DNA of 64,000 nt from Candidatus Bathyarchaeia archaeon (GCA_050014495.1 JBEKDF010000003.1:1-64000), one strand, 5' to 3'. Shown: positions 1 through 10,571, numbered from the stretch's first letter. A program made the numbers and translations. The notes: generated by a model from the sequence alone, not told the origin.

Positions 1-84
1 AGTCTTTATGGGTCTATCAGCGGGTTCATGATCCTTCTCGTCAATACGCTCTATTATTGGCTGAAAACGGGAATGTGTATTTAA
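1..84 (+). CDS. 3' end of a membrane protein, possibly YihY/BrkB family (partial)
   Basis: Frame 1 reads SLYGSISGFMILLVNTLYYWLKTGMCI*, resembling the YGS-hydrophobic-LYY segment of YihY proteins. Confidence 0.3.
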   Translation, partial: SLYGSISGFMILLVNTLYYWLKTGMCI

Positions 85-293
85 AACCATTTTACACCAA
101 TAACGGGACAAGGCAGCGCGCGTGATTTCTTCGAGATCCTAATATCCCTATGCTTTGAGTGAGTGTCTTAGACATGTGGACTCTGGAATAGTTTCTTTTT
201 CTAGTAGCATTTTGGATACACACATGTTCTCAGTTTCATGGCTTCGGGCCTAATTCGACTTAGATATAAGCAGCCTCACTCGAGTCTTGATCT

Positions 294-1259
294 GTGAGTA
301 TCCCTGAGGAGCTACGTTACCGCTATGTGAGGCAGCGCTACAGATTAGTGGGAGCCCACAGTGCGGTGAAAAACTGCACTTGGGTAGGTAAAGCGCTTCG
401 AACAAGTGGGATGGAGCACTGCTACAAGCAGAGATTCTATGGCATCCCAACACACCGCTGCCTCCAAATGACTCCAACCCTAGGCCACTGTACACAAAGC
501 TGCGTCTTCTGCTGGCGAGCAACACCAGAGACGCTAGGGATCGGGTGGGAGCAAACCCAGCCCATCAAAGGAGGCGACGATCCAGACATGATTGTAGAGG
601 GTGCAATAGCGGCCCACCAAAAGCTCATCTATGGTTTTGGAGGCAACCCGAAGGTCACCGAGACATACCTTAAGGAGGCCCTCAACCCAATCCATGTGGC
701 TATAAGTCTAGAAGGGGAGCCCACCCTCTACAAACACCTCAGCGATCTCATAAGGAGCTTCAAGTCACATGGATTCCACACCGTCTTCATAGTCACAAAC
801 GGTACAGACCCAGAAGCGCTCCGAAACCTCGGAACCGAGCCGAGTCAGCTATACGTCAGTCTTTGCGCTCCGGATGAGAATACCTATGAGTCAACGTGCC
901 GTCCGATGATTAATGGTGCCTGGGCGAAGGTGATGGAGACCCTTGAACTTTTAAAGAGCTTTAATTGCCCAACAGTGATTCGACACACTCTTGTCCCGAA
1001 GTTGAATATGGGTAACATCAACAGCTATGCAGAGCTTGTCAAGAGGGCTAATCCTACTTACATCGAGCCAAAGGGGGCGATGAGTGTCGGATTCGCGAGG
1101 AAGCGCTTCGCCTACAATGAGATGGCAAGTTATGAGGAAATACTCGCCTTCGGTAAGAAACTCGCAGAGGAAACGGGCTACAAAATTATAGATGAGCAGT
1201 ATGAGAGCAATATAGTTCTGCTCAGCCGCCTAGAGAAGCCAATAAACCTCTACGCATAA
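294..1259 (+). CDS. taw1: 4-demethylwyosine synthase (radical SAM, Taw1/TYW1)
   Basis: HSAVKNCTW, CYKQRFYGIPTHRCLQMTP, CTQSCVFCWR (CxxxCxxC), SLEGEPTLY. Confidence 0.93.
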   Translation: MSIPEELRYRYVRQRYRLVGAHSAVKNCTWVGKALRTSGMEHCYKQRFYGIPTHRCLQMTPTLGHCTQSCVFCWRATPETLGIGWEQTQPIKGGDDPDMIVEGAIAAHQKLIYGFGGNPKVTETYLKEALNPIHVAISLEGEPTLYKHLSDLIRSFKSHGFHTVFIVTNGTDPEALRNLGTEPSQLYVSLCAPDENTYESTCRPMINGAWAKVMETLELLKSFNCPTVIRHTLVPKLNMGNINSYAELVKRANPTYIEPKGAMSVGFARKRFAYNEMASYEEILAFGKKLAEETGYKIIDEQYESNIVLLSRLEKPINLYA

Positions 1260-1292
1260 TGGTTTTAAACCTCCATCCCCTGTAGGGAGCCA

Positions 1293-1772
1293 ATGATAGT
1301 AAAGATAGGCGTTAAGACTCTTGCGAATCAGCTTGTAGCCTACCGAGAGCTTAAGCCAGGTGAGAACGAGGCTGAAGCATTCGCAAAACTCAACGCTGAG
1401 GCCCACGAGAAGGGAGTCAAAGTCAGCGACCCAACAATGATCATTTATTACGATCCCAAGGATACACAAGGCTGCCGAAGGGAGGTACTCGTTCCTGTAG
1501 ACAAGGATGTGCCTAACCTCAAGACGAAGAAACTACCAGAGATCAGAGCGGGGTTCATCGTATACTCAGGCACGACCCATTCTCCTGAGTATTACTACGA
1601 GGAACTCCAAAAACATCTACAGCAGCGCGGGCTCAAACCGGTCACTCATCACTTCTGCCACATGGAAGCAGTCTATCAACCCGACACTTTCGGTCTTAGC
1701 ACAGGGAGTCTCATAGATGAAGATGCCCAAGAGGTCTGGACAACCGAGATCCTTATCCCCATCGAGGGTTAA
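1293..1772 (+). CDS. GyrI-like small-molecule-binding domain protein
   Basis: IIYYDP...EVLVPV, and a C-terminal E.Y...TEILIPI pattern. Confidence 0.65.
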   Translation: MIVKIGVKTLANQLVAYRELKPGENEAEAFAKLNAEAHEKGVKVSDPTMIIYYDPKDTQGCRREVLVPVDKDVPNLKTKKLPEIRAGFIVYSGTTHSPEYYYEELQKHLQQRGLKPVTHHFCHMEAVYQPDTFGLSTGSLIDEDAQEVWTTEILIPIEG

Positions 1773-1805
1773 GCATTTTAACAACCCCCATAATTCTCTT
1801 CCCGG

Positions 1806-1880
1806 GCGACTGTAGTCTAGTGGTTAGGATTCTGGCCTTCCAAGCCAGTAACCCGGGTTCAAATCCCGGCGGTCGCACCA
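1806..1880 (+). tRNA. tRNA-Gly (TCC)
   Basis: Acceptor GCGACTG/CGGTCGC, anticodon arm CTGGC-CTTCCAA-GCCAG, GGTTCAAATCC, encoded CCA. Confidence 0.97.
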
Positions 1881-1928
1881 AAATAAATATTCCAAAAAAT
1901 GTTGAATACCTAAAAAATCCAATAGATT

Positions 1929-3089
1929 TTAGAGGTTCTTACCTGCTACTTTTACAGCTATTTGCTCCTCGTTACATGTGAAGGGCTGCCCCGCCTCATT
2001 CAATTCCACTGCAGCCAATCTCAACCAGTCACCAAAACAACCTGTAGTCTTATTGTCGGGATCGAAAAGGGAAACATCGACCTTATGGACCTTTTTTCCA
2101 AGTGTGCAGAGAATATTCTTGGAAGCCCAATAGTCTAGAGCGACTGGGTCTTCGCAAGCAGCAATTACTCCAGCGTATGTTGCACCGTCGAAAGGCGTTT
2201 TAGGACCAGTCCCTGGTTTGCAGTTAACGTGAATGGCGTCGACTATATTGAGTGCCGGGACCCTTGTTTCCGTCATTAATGTGCCCATTCCCCCCTTTCC
2301 CACTGTCATGTGAGTCCTGAATCCCCTGGCTGAGGTTAGCTTATCGCTTGGTACTCCCATGTAATGCTTCACCGCACCGGTAACTCCGTAAATGAAGTGA
2401 GATTTAAGAACCGGGAGGTTCAGAACTTTTAAAAGCCCTACCTGATAGACCCTCCTTTTTGGGTCCCATATTCCTTTCTTGAAGCTAATACGTGTACCAT
2501 GAAGAGTTTTGAACTTTGGGTAGCTGGGTAGCACCCCCGTAAGGGGATCTGCAGTTTCAGCGATTATGTAGCCATCCTCATCATTTCCCTCTGAGTACTC
2601 CTTCACCTGCTTCTCGGTGATTGTATCCCAGAGGTAGGTCGAGACCAGCCCCAAGCCCTTGAATGAGTCGGCGACAATCCTTACTGACTGACGCCTATCC
2701 TCAGCGTTGTTGACGGTATAGTCGAGGCTTCCGCCATGCCCCGAACTCCCGTATTGGGCTTGCCCATTGTCAGCGATGACTACTTCCCCACTGAACCCAT
2801 CTGGGTGGGCTAGAACTGCAGCCGTAACGGCCTTGACGAGGTCAGTGTTAGTCATTCCATATTCGTCCCATTGGCTGTTAACCTTCACGATGACAACATC
2901 GTCTTCGGCTATCAAGCCTGAGGGGCCTTGCAAAGAGCCATTTCTCTTCGACTTGTAGAACTTGAGCCCCTCGATGTCCATTAGTTCGAGTAACCTGTTG
3001 AGGGAGCCATCGTTCCCATTGGCGCCCTCGACTGCGTAAATCGTCGACACTGGGTTCTCATTCGCGTTCTTAGGAGTCAGGGAGAACAT
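1929..3089 (-). CDS. DUF362 domain protein
   Basis: DVVIVKVN, EVVIADN, NLPVLKSH...GVTGAVKHYMG, DPVALD; start moved to ATG of MFSLT. Confidence 0.75.
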   Translation of the reverse strand: MFSLTPKNANENPVSTIYAVEGANGNDGSLNRLLELMDIEGLKFYKSKRNGSLQGPSGLIAEDDVVIVKVNSQWDEYGMTNTDLVKAVTAAVLAHPDGFSGEVVIADNGQAQYGSSGHGGSLDYTVNNAEDRRQSVRIVADSFKGLGLVSTYLWDTITEKQVKEYSEGNDEDGYIIAETADPLTGVLPSYPKFKTLHGTRISFKKGIWDPKRRVYQVGLLKVLNLPVLKSHFIYGVTGAVKHYMGVPSDKLTSARGFRTHMTVGKGGMGTLMTETRVPALNIVDAIHVNCKPGTGPKTPFDGATYAGVIAACEDPVALDYWASKNILCTLGKKVHKVDVSLFDPDNKTTGCFGDWLRLAAVELNEAGQPFTCNEEQIAVKVAGKNL

Positions 3090-3195
3090 GAAGATAACTT
3101 CGCTTAGGATGCTCTTCAACCTTCCCGCATCCAAAATTTCGAGAAGCTTGATATCCTCCAACCAGAACTAAGCAACCTAATCGGAGCATGATGGT

Positions 3196-4113
3196 TTGAA
3201 ATCAAGGCTTGGTATAGAAGTCGTCGACGCCCACGCGCATTTCATGACTGCGGGGTCCATTAAGGCATGGTCACTAAGGGGACGTACCATGACAAGTTTC
3301 CAGCAGCGTACGCAGACGAGGACAGACATCAAAAACATAGAAATTCCTGATGAGAACTTCGATGCGGCTCAGAGGTGGGCCGACGAACTCGACAGGTATG
3401 GAGTGAGCAGTGCCGGATTCATGATTGGCCCCGAGACCTATGACGAGTTTATGGAGGCCAGACGAAGGTTCCCTGGATATTTCTTAGGCTACCTGAATAT
3501 CCAACCCGACGACTCTGAGGCCACAAAGAAGATAAAGAAAGCTGCAGATGACGGATTTTATGGAATAAAGCTCTATCCAAGTAATTGGAGGGGTATACAC
3601 GTCTACGATGAGCGATTATACCCAATCTATGAGGAGGTACTCAAACATAAGATGCTCGTCATATGCCACTTCGGAGTCAGTATTGGAGGGGACGCAGACT
3701 TACGAAGTGGTAACCCAATGGATATTCAGACACCCGCACGAGACTTTCCTGAACTTAACTTCATGATAGCGCACTTTGGCGCTGGCTGGTTCCGTGAGGT
3801 TCTCCTCCTGCAATATCAGACAGATAATGTCTACATGGATAGCAGCGGAAGTAATGTTTGGATGAAATATTTGCCCCAAGATCTCACTCTGAAGGACATT
3901 TTTCGCCATGCGATACGTGCCGGAGGCCCAAACAAGATACTTTTCGGTACAGACTCGACTTTCTTCCCCCGCGGCTTCCGTTACAATATCCTCGAAGAAC
4001 AATACAACGCTATCCAAAGTCTCAAGAGGGACGGCCTTATAAACGATGAAGGCATCCAAAATATTTTCTGTGGGAATCACAAGCGCCTAACTGGCTACAG
4101 ACCGAGGAAATAA
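3196..4113 (+). CDS. Amidohydrolase_2 family metal-dependent hydrolase
   Basis: VDAHAH, GIKLYP, AHFGAG, KILFGTD. Confidence 0.88.
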   Translation: MKSRLGIEVVDAHAHFMTAGSIKAWSLRGRTMTSFQQRTQTRTDIKNIEIPDENFDAAQRWADELDRYGVSSAGFMIGPETYDEFMEARRRFPGYFLGYLNIQPDDSEATKKIKKAADDGFYGIKLYPSNWRGIHVYDERLYPIYEEVLKHKMLVICHFGVSIGGDADLRSGNPMDIQTPARDFPELNFMIAHFGAGWFREVLLLQYQTDNVYMDSSGSNVWMKYLPQDLTLKDIFRHAIRAGGPNKILFGTDSTFFPRGFRYNILEEQYNAIQSLKRDGLINDEGIQNIFCGNHKRLTGYRPRK

Positions 4114-4802
4114 TGATGCCTAGACGAGGCCGACGCGGATACCCGACCGCAATACTAATCGGCCTCAGTGAGGAAAAAGCCACCTTTTGGACAATTTACA
4201 GCGAATCAGTGAAACCGTCTAAAGAAATCGAGAGAAATGTAGTCGACGAGAAATCAGCTAACAAGTTCCATGAAGCGATAGTGGAAAATATTAGAAACTT
4301 GATAAAACAGGGATTTACAGGAGTTATAATAACCTCTGAAGAAAGAACAAATTACGAATCCCGATTAACGGATTATATTACTAAGCATCATAAATGGTTA
4401 AAAGTTAAGGTGCCTATGAGGCATCTAATAGGTAAAGCAGGAACCAAAATAGAAGTAATCCAGCTAATAAAAGAAAATAAAATTCAAGAAGCTCTCAAAT
4501 ACGTGACTGAAGATACGGAAGTTAAACTCCTTAATCTTCTAGATAAAGCGATTGTAGAAGACACTGTACTTTATACGATAGAAGAATTATATTCTGCTCT
4601 TAACTCTGACAAAAATATCATAGCGATTTTTGTAACTGAAGAATTTAATCTGAGAAACCAGAGAAATCGACGATATCAAAGTATAATGCAGATAGCTAGA
4701 AACTTCGGAGCGAATGTAACTATCTTGAAACAAAACACCCCTATATCTACCCGTCTAGATCAACTCGGAGGATTCGCTTGCGTAATATCCCTTAAGTCAT
4801 AA
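4113..4802 (+). CDS. Pelota/eRF1 domain 2-3-like protein lacking the N-terminal domain
   Basis: C-terminal GANVTIL...RLDQLGGFACV resembles the end of eRF1 domain 3; only 229 aa. Confidence 0.5.
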   Translation: MMPRRGRRGYPTAILIGLSEEKATFWTIYSESVKPSKEIERNVVDEKSANKFHEAIVENIRNLIKQGFTGVIITSEERTNYESRLTDYITKHHKWLKVKVPMRHLIGKAGTKIEVIQLIKENKIQEALKYVTEDTEVKLLNLLDKAIVEDTVLYTIEELYSALNSDKNIIAIFVTEEFNLRNQRNRRYQSIMQIARNFGANVTILKQNTPISTRLDQLGGFACVISLKS

Positions 4803-4952
4803 TTCAGTGAATACCATTTCACTGCAATCCGAGAATAACCCTCTAACAACTAAAAATGAATAATTAGTTATTTACATCAACAGAGAAGAACATCACCGAC
4901 GCCGTAACAGAAAATTTAAGCGATTACTCTCAATTTGAGAGAAGATTATAAT

Positions 4953-6338
4953 TTAAGCTTCATCTAGGAATAAGTGAGCACGTTCTAAAAATTGACTCGG
5001 AATATATGTGTCGGCCATGGGGACACCCAATTTTTTGAGCTTATCTATAGCTGAAGTGGTATAGGGTCTAAATATTTCCTTGTGGGCGAGTGGACTAATC
5101 CCAGCGAATACTCTAATACCGTCATCAAGCATGTTTCGGATTACTTCATAATTCTTTCTATTTTCATCGTCCTCTTTACCAGGATTAGTTAATACAAAAT
5201 CGCTGAAGTAAAAGCAGATACGGTCACTTCGCTCTGAGGCCTCTGTCAGTTGGTCGTAAGCCCATTGGATACTTTTATTTGGGATAGTGCCACCCCAGGT
5301 GGAGCCGTCTATTGTTCCCCTGAACCGGAACTCCATCTGCGTTGTTGTCATCGTTATCATATCGAGGAGTTGCTCAAGAATAGGTTCTAGGTCAATTTCG
5401 TCACTCAGTTCCTTGATTATATGACTGTTACTCTCATAGAGGATTAATCCCCACTTGTCGTTACGTAATCCCCACATAAGCGGAATAAGGCTTAGAATGC
5501 TGTAGTTTACAGAGTTGATACCCTCAAAGTCATAGAACATAGTGTTACTGATATCCTGTATGTATATGATGCTCCTGTTCTTTTTCTTCCTCTTGAGCAT
5601 CATGAAGTCCTCGGGTCTTATCTCCTCAAGTTTCCGACCAAGGTCTAAGATGTTCTCGAGGCTTCGATCCTCGTCAATCGAGTCAGTATCATCACCAGGT
5701 TGGAATGGTCGAATGGATGCCACTCTACTCCAGTCATCCTTCCTCTCCAACTCTCGACCTAATTTTAGAAGTTTCTCCTTAAGGAGGTAAGCGAGGAGTT
5801 TCCTCATCTTTTCATCTCGTTCCTCCTTGAACGTCTTTGCACCAAACTTGAGTATTCGGTCCTCCCCAGGGCCCACACCAATATCAGGCTTGTTCTTGAA
5901 CTTGGTAAATTGTTCCGGACCTGTTATACTGGGGTTATCATTCACTATATTCTGCTCAAGCCCTTTAGCATGGGGGGTGACATATACTTCCTGACTCTTC
6001 TTACTTAGGAGGCTAAGCAGCTGGTCTGCATCCATATCCTCCTCTGTTTCCTCCTCGTCTTCGTTGACGTTCGTCAGAATATCTAGGGCGATCTTCTCCG
6101 CCATCCTCTGATTATCTACTTGACTTGTGATGATAGCGGCCCTTAGAAGGTCGCTGAAGGTTAAGCATCCATTTCTCATAAAGCCTGGGAGGAGTATCTT
6201 TCCCATGTTTATGCTCTGCCTAGGGCTTGGCTTCTCGACGACCTCCCTGCTCTTCCTCATACGCTCTATAAACTCCGGTATGAAGTAGTTCGCGTAATGG
6301 AAGGGATACTCCAAGGAGGAGTTGGACATCTTAGCCAA
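4953..6338 (-). CDS. VWA (von Willebrand A) domain protein
   Basis: IYIQDISNT (MIDAS-like), GGT, FYFSD; RPFQPGDD; directly downstream of a MoxR ATPase. Confidence 0.7.
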   Translation of the reverse strand: MAKMSNSSLEYPFHYANYFIPEFIERMRKSREVVEKPSPRQSINMGKILLPGFMRNGCLTFSDLLRAAIITSQVDNQRMAEKIALDILTNVNEDEEETEEDMDADQLLSLLSKKSQEVYVTPHAKGLEQNIVNDNPSITGPEQFTKFKNKPDIGVGPGEDRILKFGAKTFKEERDEKMRKLLAYLLKEKLLKLGRELERKDDWSRVASIRPFQPGDDTDSIDEDRSLENILDLGRKLEEIRPEDFMMLKRKKKNRSIIYIQDISNTMFYDFEGINSVNYSILSLIPLMWGLRNDKWGLILYESNSHIIKELSDEIDLEPILEQLLDMITMTTTQMEFRFRGTIDGSTWGGTIPNKSIQWAYDQLTEASERSDRICFYFSDFVLTNPGKEDDENRKNYEVIRNMLDDGIRVFAGISPLAHKEIFRPYTTSAIDKLKKLGVPMADTYIPSQFLERAHLFLDEA

Positions 6339-7230
6339 GTACCTTCTTTATTATCTCATCGACGACTTTCGCCACTGTCTTGCTTTCCTCGCCTCGGACC
6401 TTCATTTCCTTGGCGAGAACGGCAGGGGCAAAAAACCTTATAGCTGCGTCTTCTGACTCGAAGCGTTCGAGGTATTTATTCACTAACCTCGTGAGGTATA
6501 TTCCACTTCGGGGTGAAGCAGGGATCTCAAGTACTGAGCTCTCTCGTGTGGTCTTGACGATCTCGTAAATCTTGTCGAGGGTACTTACTGGGAGACTAAA
6601 TGCTGGTGTATTCTCCTTGAGGATTTCAAGCTCGGTTTCCTTTGTAGGGTAGGTGAGCCTTATCCAGCAACCGATTCGGTCAACCAGAACTCTGCTGAGT
6701 CTGTAGGTTCCGGATGTCTCGATTGGGTTCTGAGTAGCCACGAAGGCGAAACTTTCTTGAGCCTTCACCATGCCGAGGGGAAAAAGGTGGTAGTGTCTCT
6801 CTTCGAGAGGGGCAATAAGGCTGTTCTGGCAGAACTCCGTTGCTCGGTTTAGCTCGTGGGCGACGAAGAGGCCCCCCTCCACCATAGCCCGAATTAGTGG
6901 GCCTGGCTCGAAGCTACTGATATTTCTTCCACTACGGACCACCAGTGCCGGATCGAAGCTGCCGATGAGGCGACTCGGCGTCACGTTTTCGTCAAAGAAG
7001 ACTTCATGGAAGCTACGCGCCGTATCCTCTGCGACTTTGCGGGCTAAAAGACTCTTACCAACACCTGGTGGCCCTATGAGGCACGGTGTTATCCCTGTGT
7101 CTAGAGCATCCTTAAGTAAACTGTATGCAGTTTCGTACTGACCCTTTAGAACGACTGGGTGTTCAATGCGAATGTTCTCGACTATGCTCTTCTCTAGCAT
7201 CTTGCGGAAACCCTGCTCCTTCTCCGCCAT
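6331..7230 (-). CDS. MoxR-family AAA+ ATPase
   Basis: GPPGVGKS, ELNRA, ATQNP, GTYRL...DR, SPR. Confidence 0.88.
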   Translation of the reverse strand: MAEKEQGFRKMLEKSIVENIRIEHPVVLKGQYETAYSLLKDALDTGITPCLIGPPGVGKSLLARKVAEDTARSFHEVFFDENVTPSRLIGSFDPALVVRSGRNISSFEPGPLIRAMVEGGLFVAHELNRATEFCQNSLIAPLEERHYHLFPLGMVKAQESFAFVATQNPIETSGTYRLSRVLVDRIGCWIRLTYPTKETELEILKENTPAFSLPVSTLDKIYEIVKTTRESSVLEIPASPRSGIYLTRLVNKYLERFESEDAAIRFFAPAVLAKEMKVRGEESKTVAKVVDEIIKKVLG

Positions 7231-7637
7231 CAAGCTTGGTCCACAAACCATTAACAAACGCTAATTTAAATCTTCAACCAAAATGAGTTATAGAAATTTT
7301 TGGCTTAAGTATATTTGTTTAGTTTTATTTGTTTTACATAAATAGAAAACATGTATAAATTGGAGATAATTACCATATTTTCGATTCAATCTAAATATAT
7401 ACTTCCGTATATTGAGTCGAATGATTGAATTAAAACCAATTTCTTGAACATTTTTAACTTAATACTCGTTATTATTACTCATTATAGACATTTTGATTGT
7501 TGCTAACCCTTTTTTTCATCAAATGAAGATTTCTTAGTCAAGCTTTAAATCCTTCTTAGTTGACTCATTACGGAATCGTTACTCTTCTAACAGTCAAGAG
7601 TTAAGGTGGTAACGAATCACTGAGGGAAAAATGACCC

Positions 7638-8462
7638 GTGATTGAAATAAGGTTGCACGGCAGGGGCGGCCAAGGGGCCGTCACCGCCTCTAGGATCATC
7701 GCCACGGCAGCCTATGAGGAGGGCAAATACAGTCAGGCCATCCCCATGTACGGCACCGAGAGGCGTGGAGCACCCCTAACCGCCTACGTCCGCATTGATG
7801 ATGTGCGTGTCAGGGAAAGGGAGCTAGTACATAACCCGAATATCAGTCTCTGCTTCGACCCACTTATCAGCCTACAGCAGGCTGTAGCTAATGACTTGAA
7901 GCCAAATGGACAGGTACTGCTGAACGTACAGTTCGCACCTGAGAAGAGCGAACTCGCGGGCGACATAAACATCGCTACTGTAGATGCTACCAGCATCGCG
8001 CTGGAGACTCTCGGTAGGCCCATCACGAATACTGCGCTTCTCGGCGCCTTCGCCAAGGCAACTGGTGTTGTCAAGCTCGAGTCCGTGGAGAAAGCTATCA
8101 AGAAGTACTTCCCGGGTAGGCTTGGCGATATGAATATAGCCGCTGTCAGGATGAGTTACGATAAAGTCTCGTCTTGGGTTCCCGCGAAGAACAGGGTCGC
8201 TCCTAAGATGAAGGTCGACCTTGAAGTCGGTGGGTATGGTACTCTTAAGGATGTCAGCAGCTGGCGTGTCTTCTACCCCATTATAAATGAGGAGAAGTGC
8301 ATTGGATGCAAAACGTGCTGGATCTTTTGCCCCGAGGCCGCTCTTGAATGGAAGGCGAACAATAAGCCCTCCATGATTGACCGCGCCTGTAAGGGCTGCG
8401 GAGTTTGCGCTAACGAGTGTCCAGTCAAAGCTATCGAGATGAAGAGGGTCGAGGGCTCGTAA
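7638..8462 (+). CDS. porC: 2-oxoacid:ferredoxin oxidoreductase gamma subunit fused to delta (ferredoxin) subunit
   Basis: EIRLHGRGGQGAVT, YGTERRGAP; C-terminal WR..P, CIGCKTCWIFCP and CKGCGVCANECP. Confidence 0.92.
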   Translation: MIEIRLHGRGGQGAVTASRIIATAAYEEGKYSQAIPMYGTERRGAPLTAYVRIDDVRVRERELVHNPNISLCFDPLISLQQAVANDLKPNGQVLLNVQFAPEKSELAGDINIATVDATSIALETLGRPITNTALLGAFAKATGVVKLESVEKAIKKYFPGRLGDMNIAAVRMSYDKVSSWVPAKNRVAPKMKVDLEVGGYGTLKDVSSWRVFYPIINEEKCIGCKTCWIFCPEAALEWKANNKPSMIDRACKGCGVCANECPVKAIEMKRVEGS

Positions 8463-8475
8463 GGAGGATAATGAA

Positions 8476-9642
8476 ATGTCATACGAAGTAATGGTCGGTA
8501 ACAAAGCAACGGCAACAGCTTGTAAACTAGCTCGCGTAAAGGTTGCTGCAGTTTTCCCCATCACACCACAGACCACGATCACCGAGTACCTCTCGGAGAT
8601 CTATGCGTCCGGAGAGCTGCCTGGTTTCGAGTTCGTGAATGCTGAAGGCGAGCTTAGCTCTCAGGTAATCGTCCAAGCCGCGGAGGCTGTTGGGGCACGT
8701 AGCTTTACATGCACATCAGGCCCAGGCCTCCTCTACATGCACCATCCAATGCAGGAGACTGCCAGTAAGAGGCTACCTCTAGTTATGGCGGTTGTCCACC
8801 GTGGAGTGAAGAGCATGCAGCCTGACCACAGTGATTTAATGTCACAACAATGGCAGGGTTGGCTCCATCTTTATGTGGAGAACGCACAAGAAATCCTCGA
8901 CAGTGTGGTAATGGCTTACAAAATCGCTGAGGATAAAAGAATCCGTCTCCCAGTCGCTGTTGGCTACGACGGTTACGTCCTCAGCTACACTGCTGAGCCC
9001 GTAGAGATCCCTGCGCAAGAGGACATCGATAAATTCCTCCCACCCTACAAGCCAATGCCGAGCATCCTACCCGATGAGGCTGATCCTAAATCTTTCGCAA
9101 GAGGCTGGGGTGAAGGAGACCCAATGAAGCCATGGCAGATGCACCACCAGGCAGCTCTCAACGGTGAGACCGTAATCAAAGAGGTCTTCGCCGATTGGGG
9201 CAAGAAATTCGGTCGCACATATGGTAATGGAATGATCGAACCGTACCGTGTTGAGGGCGCAGATTGCGTCATCACAGCGATGGGCACGATCGCAGGAACC
9301 ACGATGGCAGCGATCGACAAACTCTGGGCTGACGGCAAGAAGGTTGGGTTAATAAAGATCAGGAGCTTCCTGCCCTTCCCAAGAAATGACTTCCAGGAGA
9401 TCGCTAAGAGTGTAGGCGCCATCGGTATTTTCGACCGCAGCTGCCAACCGGGAATGGGGGGCCCAGTCTTCCACCAGATGAGGAGCACACTCTACGATGA
9501 GGCTAAGAAGACACCAATCCTTTGCTTCATCGGAGGTCTCAGCGGAAAGGAGGTACGTATCGACGATATGTACAAAATCGGGGAGAAGACCCTGAAGGTA
9601 GCGAAGGGTGAGAAGCTTGATGCTTCCATCCAGTGGGTTTAG
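8476..9642 (+). CDS. porA: 2-oxoacid:ferredoxin oxidoreductase alpha subunit (substrate uncertain)
   Basis: FPITPQT, TCTSGPGL, ENAQE, GYDGYVLSYT. Confidence 0.9.
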   Translation: MSYEVMVGNKATATACKLARVKVAAVFPITPQTTITEYLSEIYASGELPGFEFVNAEGELSSQVIVQAAEAVGARSFTCTSGPGLLYMHHPMQETASKRLPLVMAVVHRGVKSMQPDHSDLMSQQWQGWLHLYVENAQEILDSVVMAYKIAEDKRIRLPVAVGYDGYVLSYTAEPVEIPAQEDIDKFLPPYKPMPSILPDEADPKSFARGWGEGDPMKPWQMHHQAALNGETVIKEVFADWGKKFGRTYGNGMIEPYRVEGADCVITAMGTIAGTTMAAIDKLWADGKKVGLIKIRSFLPFPRNDFQEIAKSVGAIGIFDRSCQPGMGGPVFHQMRSTLYDEAKKTPILCFIGGLSGKEVRIDDMYKIGEKTLKVAKGEKLDASIQWV

Positions 9643-9655
9643 GAGGTAATATGAA

Positions 9656-10552
9656 ATGAGTACTGAGAGAATGACGAGAGCCCAGGTTCCCATGGAAGAG
9701 AGGATCATAGCGCCTGGCAGCACTTGCCAGGGTTGCGGTGCCGCCATGGCTGCGAGGCTCACCTTCAAGGTCCTTGGCGCAAATATAATTCGGCACGGCA
9801 TTCCGTGCTGCCCAGACCACGTCACAATGCAACCAACCGCCGGCTCAGTTTTCGAGGGCGGAGGCGCGTCCCTGACTGGTACATCACGTGGCCTAAAGGC
9901 CCTCGGCAGAACGGACGTCAAGGCCGTCGCCTTCTTCGGAGATGGCGGAACATACGACATCGGCTTCCAGGGCCTATCAGCAGCCGCTGAGCGCAATGAG
10001 AACATCCTCGTTATCACAAAGGACAACGAAGCATACATGAACACAGGTGGCCAGAGGAGTGGAGGCACCCCGAAGTACGCGGAGACAACCACGAACCCGG
10101 TTGGTCCGAACAGCAGAGGCAAGGCTGAACCAAAGAAGAACATACCGATGATATTCGCAGCCCACTACGTTCCATACATAGCAACTGCCTCTGTAGCCTT
10201 CCCCGAGGACCTCATGCAGAAGGTCAAATACGCCAAGGACATCGAAGGCTTCAGATTAATACTTATACAGAGTCCATGTCCAGTTGGATGGCGCTTTGAC
10301 CCAGCAAAGACGGTTGAACTCGCTCGCGCCGGCGTCCAATCGGGTATGTGGCCTCTCTACGAGATCGAACACGGTACATCCTTCAAGCTTAACTATAAGC
10401 CGAAGGAGCTTAAGCCCGTTAGTGAGTATCTGAAGCCCCAGTCGCGATTCCGCCATATGACAGAGGTTGAGGTCAACGAGATCCAGACCACCGTCGCAAC
10501 AAACTGGCAGAGGCTACTCAAGGCGGACGAGATGAAGACTGTAGTCCTGTAA
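9656..10552 (+). CDS. porB: 2-oxoacid:ferredoxin oxidoreductase beta subunit (TPP-binding)
   Basis: CQGCG, GDGGTYDIGFQ...DNEAYMNTGGQRS, SPCPVGW. Confidence 0.92.
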   Translation: MSTERMTRAQVPMEERIIAPGSTCQGCGAAMAARLTFKVLGANIIRHGIPCCPDHVTMQPTAGSVFEGGGASLTGTSRGLKALGRTDVKAVAFFGDGGTYDIGFQGLSAAAERNENILVITKDNEAYMNTGGQRSGGTPKYAETTTNPVGPNSRGKAEPKKNIPMIFAAHYVPYIATASVAFPEDLMQKVKYAKDIEGFRLILIQSPCPVGWRFDPAKTVELARAGVQSGMWPLYEIEHGTSFKLNYKPKELKPVSEYLKPQSRFRHMTEVEVNEIQTTVATNWQRLLKADEMKTVVL

Positions 10553-10571
10553 GACTACTCAACCCTTTTTT
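10541..10571 (+). terminator. Putative terminator of the por operon
   Basis: GTAGTC-ctgtaa-GACTAC hairpin over the stop codon, followed by a T7 tract. Confidence 0.4.
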
